This document shows, in pieces, positions 13,499-27,769 of a DNA stretch of 64,000 nt. The notes under the pieces are model-generated. The model did not search any database. It had not been told where the DNA came from and worked only from the letters and a program-made list of their open reading frames with translations. The translations under genes were made by a program, and so were the position numbers. The stretch is taken from the NCBI RefSeq assembly GCF_009914755.1, contig NC_060931.1; one strand, given 5' to 3'. The stretch is from the human T2T-CHM13v2.0 reference genome, Homo sapiens. The stretch's first letter is position 1; every line of letters begins with the position of its first letter.

Positions 13499-13692
13499 CT
13501 CATGTAGGTTTGTGCGCAATTCAGGCTACATTTATGTGCCCACGCACACTCATTGACACTGCCTTTTTGAAGACAGCATCATATTAAAATACTTAGCATC
13601 TCAAAAAGCAAAAAAAGAAACCTGTTCCATAAATTTCTAATTAATGAACAGTAACAGAAATGGAAATCATGTGTTTATCTCCACAACATACA

Positions 13693-14439
13693 TGATGGTG
13701 TGTATGTCTTCCTAAGACAGAGTGGATGCTGAATGAGAAAGTAGCCTGCTCTATGCCTGATACCTGCATAGCTGAGATAAAGTACTATGTCCTCAGCACA
13801 TGTCACTTCCTGTAATTGCTATTCAACAAAACCCCTCCTCCCAACAATGTTGGAGAAGTTCCTTCTGTTACTGGGTAAGCTGAGTGTTAGCAACTCCTGG
13901 CTGTTGAAGGGCAACATGGATGATGCTTTCGCCTGTCACTAGACAGCTCTTATGGAAGTGTACACGGGGCAATGTAAGTCAATGTTCACTTGGTCTTTTG
14001 CTGTGACTGGAGGAGCTCTTTCCAGACTTGCCTCTAACAGGCATTTACCTTATCCCAAGGATGTCCCTGGGGCAATGCCCAGGGAAAGTCCTTCACTTGT
14101 GCGTGGGAAACACTCAGGCCAAGTTAGATGGGTTCCTCAACTACAAGACTTAGATGAATACACTGGTGGGACTCCTGAATGAAAAACGTGGAGGAATATT
14201 GTGCTACAAAATAAGTTGGGAGTTTATTTTAAGAAATCAATAATGCTTTTTCTGGAGCCTGCTGTTCCAAGGTATTTTTTAATATCGAGGTCATCTCGTA
14301 TCTGCCATCTAGATGGACCAGTGACTGACCCTTGCAGCAACCTCAGGCAATGACTCTGAGGCCGTGGAAGCCTTAAGAGCCTATTGCCAAGGGTGGACCA
14401 TGGGACCTTCCCTAGACATATATGGGGGACACTCTGACA
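13693..14439 (+). mobile_element. Possible old ERVL-class LTR (MER54/LTR53-like)
   Basis: GC-richer block ending gggggacactctgaca, loosely like that LTR group. No clear TSD and the start is uncertain. Confidence 0.35.
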
Positions 14440-17160
14440 TAACCCAGGTTTGGAAGAGTAGAAATTTTGAATGTGTTTTCTTATGTCTATTAATGATATA
14501 CAATTATTTTCTCAATTAACCATTGATGACCTTTCCTCAAATTCTGTAAAATTTTTTCCTATAATTGCTAACTTCAAAGATATTAAGTTTATTCACCATT
14601 TGTCTGTCATACCAATTATCCATATTTCTAAGTGTATCTTTTAATTGTTATTTTTTCACAATGCAAACTTTTATAAATCTCATTTACTTGAATCATTGTA
14701 TCATTTTCCTGCAAGCTTTCTTCTTTTAATGTCCCACATGGCAAGGCCTGTCTCTCCCCAAGGCTACACAATTTGCTGTATAAATATTTTCTTCTAGAAC
14801 TTTTAAGCTCTTATATATTAGGTAGAAATAAGCTAGGCTTTTCTTTATTGGTATTTATTGTCTGCTGACTAATTCAGACAAAAAACAAAGAAAATGATAC
14901 ATTTTATCTTTGCTACTATAGACAATAGGGCTATTGGTTTTACATTTTCTGTTTTGGTTACTTTTCATGTAACATTGTTTTGCTGACATTTTCGTTGTGT
15001 ATATCATTGCTTGTGTACTTCAATGGGAGCTTATTTGACATGTTAGTGGGTCATGGATGATATAAGTTAATTGTAGCTGTGTCTTTAATCATATTAAGAC
15101 AACCATTAATACATCTTTCAAAGCTTTCTTCCTTGAATTCAACTTGGTTTGACATACTTCCAAAACTTTTAGTCAAAATACCAATTTAGAATACAATTTG
15201 ATAAATTTGATGTTTTAGAGATGTTGTGTATCAGTAAAAGATCACTTAGAGGAGATCATGATCTTTAGTTAGATTATAGGGTCATTGTTTTGTTTAGTCC
15301 TGTTTTTGTTTTCCAGATACTTCCAGGAGGATATTTAAAATAATTTATCCCATAGATTCTCAAATGAAAGTCAAATTTACAAAATATATAAAGATATCAA
15401 GTCCTCAGATGGATTAATTATTTGCTACTTACAGGCTAAGTGGTTAATTTGCAGAATCTCTATTGTATTCCAGATTTTCAAAAATCCAAATATGAAGGCA
15501 TAAATATTATGTGAATAAGTCCTCACGCTTCAACCATAAATTTTATAATGTTCATCAGCTTTACAAGGGATTACACACTTAAGTACCTCATACTGACTGG
15601 AAGACCATGAGGGCTTTAAAAAATGCAACTCTCTTTTTTCTGCAAGAAACAACTTGAATAATGCTATCATCTCTTGCTCAACTCTGGGCAGATTATTTGA
15701 CTGAGCACTTCTCAAAGGCAGTTTTTCTTCCCCACAGGCATCACCTTGTATTCCAATCTGTTCCCTGATCATTTCCTAGGAAATATATCTCCATTATTCA
15801 ATGAGAAAATTAGAACTCATCTTCATAATGGAATAAATAAAGCATAATTACAAGGCAAAGTAGCTTTAGTTAAAATCATATGATTTAATCAGGCAATGAA
15901 CAGGTATTTATGGAACAAGTTTTATGGACTTGGAGTGCAGTTTGGGTTTCTACAAATATGACAACTGCTTCTCTTTGGGGAAAATGTAACAATAAAACAT
16001 TGATCATTTAGAGAATAATAATAGCTTAGGAATGTTAAACTGAAAAGTGCTATTAGAAAATGTAATAGAAATCAAATGATAGAGGGAATTTTGTGTTTCA
16101 AGTCATGTTCAAACCCTCCTAATGGGGCAGAATTTGTGCTGGACCTTGATCAAATTCATTGAAAAAAATGTAGTTGGTTCAGAGATTGTCGGTAATTTTG
16201 AAGCACGTATGGAAGAATTCTTATGGAGATATTTTCATGCAGAGAGAAAGTCACAATATTTAAATGATGAGGCCAGAGCCTTTCCAGAAAATTACTGCCC
16301 TCTCTTATTTAATTCTTTCATAAGAGATACATGTTGGCATTGGTATAACCATCAATTACCTTAACAGAAATACTTCCCTAGAAATGGAAGTTACAGTTGT
16401 ACCAAGTTGTATTACATTACACCTTTACTTAGGTTTTGAAAAATAAAGCATACTTCTGTGTGATTAAAAAATCAGTGCACATAAACTAAAAGGTAATACT
16501 GCCTTCTATGAATCAAATAGCTCAAACTTTTAAAATCTAAATATTTACAGTGTATCTGAGAAATAGAGTTGATTAAACTCTTTACACAATATCTAACTAT
16601 CCAGACAAATCAACCAGAACCCCATTCATATGCCTGGTTATCTTGCATCAAAACAATCAGAATGACTGCCACACATTTTTTAAAATAGTGCCTTATAAAT
16701 CCAGCTACTTGTATAAAGGTGCATAATATGGAAACCTTTCAAAAGGTTCATTACAGGAACCAACCTTGCCTGAATCTGGGAAAAGATCTCATATCATCTT
16801 TTCTTATTCTGGTCTCTCACTCTTTTCAATGATACTATAGCCAGGTTAGAGAAGGTTGGTCTCAAAATGTGAAGGAGATATCAAGTCATTAAAACGTCAG
16901 CTCAGAGAAAGCAGAAGAAGCAGAAAGCCTCTCATGAACACAACACCTAAAGATGCAGAATGGAAAATAGGAAATGAGGCCAAGGGAACCAGACTTTCAG
17001 TAATGTTGGACAGCAAACCTGCAGGTGCAGAGCCGTGGCAGGAGCAGTGCAGCGGAGATGGGGCTAAGTCGAGCAATGAATGAGTCATCTTGGTACCAGA
17101 AAAGGGCTACACACAAAATACTTGTTTTGTTATTTTAAATTTTGTGTACTTGTAGCTAGC

Positions 17161-17504
17161 TGTTATGGGCTGAATTTTGTCTTGCCAAAATTCACATGTG
17201 AAAGTTTAATGCCTGGTAAACTCAGAATGTGACTGTGTTTGGAGACAGGGGCTTAACAGAAGTAAATACCTTAAAATGAGGTCTCATAGATGAGCCCTAA
17301 TCCAATACAACTGGTGTCCTTATAAGAAGAGATTAGGGCATGAATACCACAAGGAGATGATGACGTGAGGACGCAGGGAGGATATGACCATCAATACCTT
17401 GATCTTATACTTGCAGCCTCTGTAACTGTGGGAAAATAAATGTCTGTTGTTTAAGCCACCAAGTCAGTGGTACTTTGTTACAGCAGCCGGAGCAAACCAA
17501 TACA
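17161..17504 (+). mobile_element. Solo MLT1B-like LTR (MaLR)
   Basis: tgttatgggctgaatt...ctcagaatgtgactgtgtttggagacaggg...ccctaatccaatacaactggtgtccttataagaagag...tgttgtttaagccacc...aataca. Confidence 0.9.
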
Positions 17505-18953
17505 GCAGCCCTTGTGAAAATTTAAATGTTAGGTCAGAATTTGAAGGTATGCGATTTACCAGCTATAACCATGCGTAGTATTTATAATCAGATTTTGCCT
17601 AAAATTCTAATGAAAAACACCTTAAAAATATTGTTTCCTTGAGTGTAAACCACAGGATAAGAAAATGGGTCATCTGAAGCTGTTCTCTTGAAATACATAG
17701 TGTGTTTTTCATACTCAGTCATAGAAACCGAGCCTATCTATGCATGTTATTTACAACAGTCTTATCTTGGTGATTTCATTTCACATCAGTTTTCACTCAC
17801 AGGCTATGCAAAGTTAGGGAAATACTATTCTAGTGGTTTTTGAGTATTTGAGATATTTTTCCTGAGGGATTGAAATAGAAAGGTGGAGAAAAACTGAGAT
17901 AACATTTATGTCATAGGAGTTTCTCTTTTAGCTGAAAGAGAATGGATACAGATTCACGTAATTTATAATAGTTCATATGGAGATTGATCTTAGTTCCCTA
18001 AAGTGAAAGTTTCATTTTCTAAATTGAAAACTAACAAGCAAACATTCTATAAATTTCCAAAGAAGAAATGGCTGTTAGGCTGAAAGAGAATATAACAAAT
18101 AAAGGAATATCCCTACTGTCCTGTTGGGTAGAGAACTTTGCCTGTTAGTGATCTACACGAACTCATGGAGCCGAAGTTGGCGTGCTCTCCACTTCTTCCT
18201 GCTCTGTGTCCCATGCAGTAAATCCCTGTCAATAATCAGGAGCTCATGTCCTCTGTGCCCTCACCCATGAGATGTCAGTAAAAAGAGTGCAGGGACACAG
18301 AGGCCTTCTCACCATGGAAGGAAATTTGACATTATCTAAACCTACTAGTGAGGGTTTTTTTAAAAAAACAAAACAAAACTTTTTTTCTACTAATTTGTAT
18401 GGAATATTTTGACTTTCCTTTGAGATTCAGGGTGTTGGAGCTTCTGACGGATGCAAGCAAATGTTTGCATCTGCAGACTTGTTTAGTCTAAACAAACTCT
18501 AAAACATTCACTCCTGAGGCACTTCCTTCGTGCTCTTGTCTCAGCTGACATGACTGCTTGAAATAACTCCCCATGAATAGTAGATGGAACACATACAGAA
18601 ACTGTCCTGTTTCTATGGGACGTGAAGAGAGCATAAAACCCAACATGTTCACAAACATTCAGTCACTAATTCCCAAGCCTTCTTTCAAGTACTTTATCTA
18701 GATTTACAAAGACCCAGAATCTGTGATGGCATGGATTTTCTGAGCCATTGCCTTGGTCAACAGCTAGCCATTTATGTGCAAGTGAATGAAGTGGACTATG
18801 TCATATACACAGTGGATACCATTATATTTATCTGGCAGTTGTCTAGAGAGCTATCTTCTAGGTGGAATCGACAGAGCAGCTAAAAGTATACCTACGTAAT
18901 AACTGGTATTATTGCCATTTTAAAAAACACACAGACTCACATACATGACATTA

Positions 18954-19540
<587 letters not shown>

Positions 19541-20559
19541 ATTTTAAGTCCATAAGAGGGCAAAGAGATTTTCTTACTTCGAATAAAAAAAGAGAAATAA
19601 TTTCTGCTTTGGAGTTCAAAAACCATGAGAAGAGGGCGCTTCAGGGAACTCAAAAATGAGGAATACCCTGTCATTTATTTGTCTGGAAGATGAAAATTCA
19701 GTTGGATAGCTTTTAATCAGGTTTTAAATATTTTTAAATGTATGAGATATGTGTGCAGTCAACCATTACTAATATGAACCATCAAAACACTTGCCACAGT
19801 TTTGAATCCTGTAAGTACATATGACAGTGTCTACCCACTGTCTGTGCTGTCACAAAAATTACCATGTGTAGGACCTGTAGGTGTTTCACAGCTTATTAAA
19901 CTATAATTGTGGAACTGTAATTATAGCAGATGCACTACAATGCCTGAGTTTTAGAAAACAACTTCCCTTAAATCATAAAAAGAGCAAACTTTATACCTCT
20001 TCACAGCAATGACATGATTATATTAAAATAAAATATTGCTAGAGGTGCAAAACTCACTTCGCCCAACAAATGTGAAAAATAATTCCTCTATCCATCACTT
20101 AAAAGGAACACACTGATATTGTAATCACAGCTGAGAAAAGAGGCACTACAGAAGCATGTTTTTAAAAATTATATTTTGGTATATATTCTTATATATGTAT
20201 TAGTTTATAGGTTATGACAATTATTACTGACTTATAAAGAAATTATATAAATATTCACATTCCCAGGTAGCTCTTTTTTTCAGGTGGCAACAGCCTGCAG
20301 CCTTCTCTTGAGATGCACATTGCAAAAGCAAAAGGGTCACCTGCTTAAGTAGGCTAGATCAACTTCGTCAGAACTGCCCACTGACAGTGTCTTGTCAGAT
20401 TGCGTTTTACTCCCCTAGACATCGGAGAGTATAAAGATAGTAAGTCAGTTCTCTGAAAATCAGATTTGCTGATGTCCTTTATTGAGCAGCTAGTTTGCCT
20501 TATTGTCCAAAATACTCCACCACCTTCAGCATCCAGAACAAATCTTTTTCAGTGCACAC

Positions 20560-20581
20560 GCGTGTGTGTGTGTGTGTGTGT
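20560..20581. repeat. (TG)n microsatellite
   Basis: Directly visible. Confidence 0.9.
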
Positions 20582-22466
20582 AGGGGGTGCATGTGGGATG
20601 TTGCTGTTGCCATAATTGCTACTCTAGGTATCCATCATTGGGGAATTCTGTCATTGTTGCGTTTGGCCTGTCTTCTCACATGGATGATTAGAAAAATATC
20701 TTCTATCCACCTGAAATATTCTACTCTTCTAGGGTTGCTTGTAAGCAGCAGATAATAAAATTATTTCCGTTGACACTTGGGAATATTTAAATATTTAAAG
20801 TAAATTTAAATAGTTCATTACTGCCATATTTATGTTATTGGCAGCATCCTAAATACTTTACCTGTTCCCTGTAATAATCAAATCAACAAGTTAAGGGAAT
20901 TGTTTACCACCATGTTGTGTAAATCCCAGCATATAAAGTTCATGTGGTAAAGCTGAAGTAGTGGTAAGGCTGAAATTTGGAATAAGTCAGTGGAGACACT
21001 CTGCCAAGTTTAGGTATCATCTAAGGCACCATGGTTAGGTACAAAAAAAAAAAAAACAACAAAAAAAAAACCCAACTTTAAATTAAGAAACATGCGTTTT
21101 CAGATCTACAATATTAAGCAGTGTTTTCTTGTGTAAATCATTTATGTTTCTAGAGTTTCAGTTTTCAAATATTTAAATTGGAAGTAATAATATCAGGCAC
21201 TTGGGAATTTTTCAAAAATAAAATTTAGATTAAGAAGGTGCATATAAATCATTGTTTTTAAGCACTGATGGATGAAAGTGAGTGACAAGATTTGTGGGAA
21301 GTTTAAAAAACCACATCAATGATGCTAAGATTTGTCAGCTTGGGGGCTAAACCTACAGTCACTGTCTTGACATATATGCATAAACTATACTATATCCTGA
21401 AGTGATACCTTTGGTTTGTATTATTGGACTTGAATTAAATTTATGGTGTTATAGAACCCTTTCAGGGACATCCTCTCTGAAATACTTGGAGACTAAAAAA
21501 TCTTTATTTTTGACAACGTCCTTTCAACTGAATGTATTTTTTCTTTTTCAATCAACCCCATTCCTGCCACCATTTTCTTTTGAGCTGTTTATAGCAGCTC
21601 AGTTGAACATTATTACCTTTTGATTTGTGTTCTCACCTCTTATCATGGACTCCTGCCCTCTCCTGTTAAATTAATCTTTCTAAAGCACCATTACAAGTAG
21701 TACACCAACCCATAGAACATTTTTCAGTGTATCTCTTTGCTAATGAGAATCAGGGAAGTGCCTGACCTTTAGCAAAAGAGAAACAAATCTCAACCATTTG
21801 CTGGCTATAGACCTTGGACAAAGGACTCAATGACCATTCACTTAATAATATTACCTTCTTGTGAATCTTTATGAGGGTTAAATAAATCTTGTTTTTATGG
21901 AATAGAGTGAAGTATTGCCATTGTTAGTATTCTTTTGATTCTCTTTCTATGATCTACTGGTTTAGGTATACTCTTATATTCTGGCCCTAAATTTTACATA
22001 TAAACTATTTCCCTCTTATCATCTTACATTTATTTTATGCTACAACCAAAGTATCATACTCATAATTTTCTTATCCCTACTTGTGCTGATACTAAATACT
22101 ATGCCAAAAGTGTTCAACATTCCTAATCTGATGAATGACAGTTTTGAGGTACATCTTCTCCATGCACATTTCAATAGCCTTCCACTTCTATGTGGTCTAT
22201 TCTGCATAGCAACAAAGCACGCTTTTCACTCCTTCTCACTGGGACATAGTCTGTCATGATTGATAAAAGTAAATGTACTTATTTCATGTCCGTGATAGTC
22301 ACGGAAGGCAGTAAAGTTGTCTTAGTTAACTGCATATCCCATAGTCACAGTCACAAACAATGCCTTTCTTGGAGGCATCTACTAATTCACAAAAATATCT
22401 TTTTTTGCAGATTACTACATTGTATAGTATCTGTTTATGTGTCTGCCTTTGCCACTAGTTTTCTTT

Positions 22467-24150
22467 TCAAGTCAACAAATATTTATTGAGCAACCACTAA
22501 ATATGCCAGAAAGTTTCAAGTACCAGGAATAAGCAGTTATCACAACCAATAAAACTCTCTAGCCTCACTAAAATAGACAAGAAACAAAATAAGTGAAATT
22601 AAATGTAGTACAGTCTATAGTGGTAAATATTAAGAAAGAGAGTAAAGATGAGAGCAGGGTGAGATTTCAAGTAGGGCAGTCAGGATAGGTATCATTGAGA
22701 AGGAGTTATCTGGACAAATCTCTGGAAACAGTGGGTCAGTATCTACAGACACCTAGGGGTGGGTGAGACTCAAAGGTGGGAACAGCTCTGTCCCATTCAT
22801 TGTGGCCATAAAATAATGAGCAAATGAGAAAAGGGAAGGAGGTAAAGTAAGAAAAGTAACTGCAGACAGATTTTTTAAATTTATTTACATATATTTGAGC
22901 CTTGTAGACCATAGTGAAATTTTTAACTTATAATTTGCATAATATAGGGAGAGCTTAGACATTTCAGTGGATGAGGTTCAGGATCTGACTTTACATTTTA
23001 AAATGATCTTCTCATAGCAGGGTTGAGAATATCCTGCAGGGAAAATGGGTGGATGCATAGAGACAGGTTCAGAGGCTATTGCAATAACTCAGGCAAGGGA
23101 TGAGGGAGGCTTGGAAGGAGTGTTGGCATGTCCAGATATTGGCTATAATTTTAAGGTGGAAACCAGAGGATCTACTACATGATTGCACTGGGGATGTGAA
23201 AGAAAAAGAGAAGTCAACAGTGAGTATAAGGATTTGTTTAATAAATCAGAAAAATGGAGTTAGCACTGAGCATAGGGGGTGTTTAGAGGGGAAGAAGAGG
23301 CATTTATGTTTTGGAAATTCTATGTATAATGTCTATTAGTCAAAGAAGAGTCCAGATCACATGGGGATGTTTGGGGAAAATGCATAGCCTCTCATACAAC
23401 TAGTGTTCATAGTCAAAAGACCAGATGAAATCACCAAGGGAATGAGTGTAGACTGAGAAGATGAATGATTCAAAGATTGAGCCCAGAAATACTTTTGTAA
23501 ACATAATGGGATAAAGAGAGGAACCACTACAGGAAACGAAGAAGATGGAAAAAGAGACAGGAGAATGCAAACTCCTAAAACAAGATATCAAGGAAGATAT
23601 TCAGTCTCTGTTAGATGCTGTGGATGGATTTAGTCAGAAGACACGTTGATCTAAGGAACTGGCAATGCTTGAGGGAATGAAAGAACCTTAGCAGGGAGGC
23701 CGAGTCGGGTGGATCATGAGGTCAGGGGATCGAGACCATCTGGCTAACACTGTGAAACCCGTCTCTACTAAAAATACAAAAAAAAAAAAAAAAAAAAGTT
23801 AACCGGCCGTGGTGGCGGGCGCCTGTAGTCCCAGCTACTGGGAGGCTGAGGCAGGAGACTGGCTTTAACCTGGGAGGCGGAGCTTGTAGTGAGGCGGGAT
23901 CGCACCACTGCACTCCAGCCTGGGTGACAGAGCGAGATTCCATCTCAAAAACAAACAAACAAACAAAAACCTTAGCAGAGGAGTGGTGGGAATGAAAGAA
24001 TGCTTCCGAAAGGGTTCAAGAGACAGTAAGAAAAGAATTAGAGACAAAAAGCAGTGACAACTTTTTTGAGGAGTTTCCATGTCAAGGATGACATGGAGAT
24101 TAGACTGTGACTAGAGAAGCAAGACCAAGAGAGTCTTTTATTTTTAATGA
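22467..24150 (-). mobile_element. L2 (3' portion), interrupted by an Alu
   Basis: tcaacaaatatttattgagc is the antisense L2 3' end. It is followed by a purine-rich body with gatctgactttacattttaaaatgatc, gaggctattgcaataactcagg and gatgaaatcaccaagggaatgagtgtaga. Confidence 0.85.
23695..23967 (+). mobile_element. 5'-truncated AluY-like element with expanded A-rich linker
   Basis: Starts at ggaggccgag, missing about 40 nt. Has ggctaacac and ggagctt diagnostics and an A19 linker. Perfect TSD aaccttagcag (23684-23694 / 23968-23978). Confidence 0.95.
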
Positions 24151-24154
24151 GAGA

Positions 24155-24615
24155 TGTGTGCTGAAGGATGGTCCTCCAAAGATGTCCAAGTCTTAAGTCC
24201 AGGAGCCTGTGAACATGCTACCTAACATGGCAAAACAGTAACAACAGCAACAGCAAAAGACCTTGCATGTTGATAAAGTGAAAGGTCTTTAGATGGAGAG
24301 ATTATTCTGGATTATCTGGGTGCATCCAATGTAATCACAAAGGTCCTGTAAGAGGGAGTAGAAGGGTCAGTCAGTCATAAATGTGATAACAGAAGCAGAG
24401 GTGGGAGTAACCTGAGGAGGGGACCAATGATCCATTTGTAGGCAGCTCCTGGAAGCTGGAAGAGGCAAGTAAATGGATTCTCCACTGAGGCCTCCATAAA
24501 TGAACAGCCATGCCAACATCTTGACTTTAGAAAATACTTCCACAACTGTATGATTATAAATTTGTGTTGTCTTAAGCCACCTATATGAACAGTTTATTCA
24601 CAATAACTGTAGAGA
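24155..24615 (+). mobile_element. MLT1D-like LTR (MaLR)
   Basis: ccaaagatgtccaagtc...gagattattctggattatctgggtg...caatgtaatcacaaaggtcc...gaagctggaagaggcaag...ataaatttgtgttgtcttaagccac. Confidence 0.88.
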
Positions 24616-25623
24616 AAGCAAAGTGTAAGGAATCATAATTGGCAAGTGAGCAGATGTGATGGAAAAAAATATATGTGGATATTCTTTGTACATTGCTCAC
24701 TTTTTGTAAATTAAACAGGAAGCCATCAGGAGCTATGTGGATGTGTGCAGGGCTGGTAGATAGCTGCATTTACCCAGGGTTGAAGTTGAGTCAGTTGTGT
24801 ATGATAAAGTTTGAAAGGAGCAAGCAGTTTGAGCTTGTATATGTGGAAAGAGAAGACAGGACATAAGACTGTTGAGAGAAAAAAATGAAAATATGTCAAA
24901 ATCTGAATTGCTAGCCTGAGTAGGGAGGCTTTTCAGGGCCTTTAGAGGCCTTTCAATGAAAGACCCAGATACTCGTACTTTCCTTCCATTAGTCAGAAAG
25001 ATTTACGCAATGTTTAGAATTGATGAATATTTGGATATTTTGTAACACTTTAACTTACTTTGTTTTGCAGTACATTATTACCTTTTAAAATTTAGACATG
25101 AATAAAATTGCAAGAAGAGGTGGGAATAGTGACCATATTATGCCTCTCCTCTGCATTAATTTATTTATATGCGTGTGTTCATTCATTCAGTGCCCATTTA
25201 GTTATTCACCTCCCACGTATGAAGTGTCTATTTCAGGTTCTTCAATAGACATGACCCCCGTATACCTACACTGGGAGGGACCCAGAAAGGATGAGAAGAC
25301 TGCAATTGAAAAGGATCAACTATGGGATGTTAAAGTGCTATGTGACTGATAGGTCCACCCTGCTATCGTGACCCATAAAACGAGCAGCTGAATCAGGCCA
25401 AGTGACTCAGGAAAGTCTCAGAAAAGAGAATCAAAGACTGAATTTGACGTACTTGAAGCTGAGGTTGGAGGGATGAGAAGTTTTTCAATACAATCAAAAA
25501 ATGAGAAGTTTTTCAATACAATTGTCACCAAAACTGTAGGACTCCAACAATAGATTTTATGATAATTGTTACATTTTAAATATTCACATTTATTATTTAC
25601 ATTTTGATAAACAAAAGCAAGAC

Positions 25624-26100
25624 TATATATACCGATATATCCTAGATTTTCTATATTATATATACATATAATATATATTATATATACATATATTTTATAT
25701 TATATATTTTATATGTATATATAATATGTATGTATAATACATAAGGTATATATGTATTACATATATACATGTATACATATGTATAATATATATTATATAT
25801 ACATATATAGATATATAAGTAATCTATAATGTATAAATATATATTAAAAATAAAAATATTTGTATATTATATACATATACATATATGTTTATATATAATA
25901 CATATTTATATATTATATATTTTATATATAATACATATTTATATATTATATATTTTATATGTAATACATATTTATATATTATATATTTTATATGTAATAC
26001 ATATTTATATATTATATATTTTATATGTAATATATATTATATTACATATAAAATGTATATGTAAAATAATATATTTAATATATAATATTATATGTAATGT
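25624..26100. repeat. AT-rich low-complexity tract containing a 33-bp tandem repeat (about 4 copies, 25896-26030)
   Basis: Unit taatacatatttatatattatatattttatat(a/g), seen as the 11-aa IHIYILYILYV periodicity in the spurious ORF 25829-26164. Confidence 0.92.
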
Positions 26101-26106
26101 AATAAA

Positions 26107-26267
26107 GCGATCTCGGCTCTCTGCAACCTCTGCCTCCCACGTTCAAATGATTCTCCTGCCTTAGCCTCCATGTTGGGCAGGATGGCCTTAAACTCTTGAC
26201 CTCGTGATCTGCCCACCTTGACCTCCCAAAGTGCTGGGATTACAGGCGCGCACCACTGCACCTGGCT
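26107..26267 (-). mobile_element. Alu remnant with internal deletion and missing 3' end
   Basis: gcgatctcggctc...ctcctgccttagcctcca joins directly to tgttgggcaggatgg...ctcccaaagtgctgggattacaggcg...cctggct. Confidence 0.9.
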
Positions 26268-27769
26268 CTGTATTATATTTTTAAGGAGATATGATTTTTT
26301 TCTGTCAAATTCAGTTTATTAGGAGCCGGTAAACTAATTTTCTTAGAAGTATCTGAAAATCACAGGACTTGTTAGTAAGATTTTAAAATGTTCATATTTA
26401 GGTTACAAATGATTTAATCATATATCACTGCTTAAAAAATTTATGCACACTTTGTATAGGTAAAATACACTCATCTATCTCTGGCAACATTTGTAAAAAT
26501 AGTGCACCAATACATGTGACCTAAAATATTTACCCCGTAGCATTTAAATTAAGCTGATTAATATTATTTATCATCCTGTCTCCACAAAGTAAATGGCTGC
26601 TAAGATTTGAGGAATAGGTAATATCTCAGATGTTAATACATTTCTCATGTCTATTTTATAATAATGAATTGGTAACCAAGGCATACTACGAAGTATAGGA
26701 GCTAACTTCATCTTGTACACTAGTCACAAAGGGCTATATGTATTATTTTTTATGGTACCAGTATATTTTAACAATGCTATAAAAGGAAATTGTAATTCAT
26801 GGTTAATAGAAACATGTCTCTGAGAAGCAGAGAATGCTGTTATTATGGGTCTAAAGATCATTTGATCCTCTATTTGGCAGAAAGAGTATTCGTGTTTTAT
26901 CATAGCTTGTCCTAATTTAAGTGTCAAGCTCTCATTTCTTAGGGACCAGCAAAACCAACAGGTCACAGCTGCATGATTCTGTTTTAAGAGCAATGCAGGT
27001 TTATTTTATATCACTTGCTTTTTCTGTCTTGTCCACATGACTCCAGCGAAAATATTACTTTGGTAACATTATACCCATAGTTCTTTAACCTGCCCTTCCA
27101 CTATGAGTATGCATATTTGAGTCTATGGATATTCTTAAATCGGATCATACATCACAGGGAAAACAAATTAAGTGGAGTACAGGGATACGTCCCTGCTGAT
27201 AAAGCAGGCATGCTCCTGACTCAGACAGGGAGGAATCATGTTAATCCCATTACAGATGTTGTGCTACGTGTCACATAAGGAAAACAGACAGCTCTTCCAA
27301 CTCTAATTTTCATTTGTCACCTTACTGTGAGAACTCCGCAATGATGGGTTTAATATCTCTCCTATAATATTCTCTGACAGCAATAGGAATTCTTTGCATT
27401 AGAACCAGATATGTGGTGGTTTTTGGGATCTAAACACCGCAACTGAGAGATTCTCAGAAACAAAACTGTTGAGGGTTTTTCTAGTGCAGTCAATATTTGC
27501 TATATGGCTACCCTTTCTCTTAATATGTGGAAACCACATATTAAGCAGATATAAATGTCAACCATAGGCTCATATTTCATGCTAAGCTAGCAATAGTGGC
27601 AGTAGAAGAGCAAGTTCAAAGTGTCTAAGACTCAGATAATTTTGTCCTAACATGGAAAATGGAAGGTTTCTGTACAATTATTGTTTCTGGCAGGAGTGCA
27701 ATTATTAACCCAGGAAATCTCTCTATCACACTCTGTTGCTTGATTGCAGAAACTTTTAAACCAGATTTC

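Noticed and set aside
25829-26164. 111-aa ORF with IHIYILYILYV repeats
   Set aside because: It is the translation of the 33-bp AT-rich tandem repeat running into an Alu.
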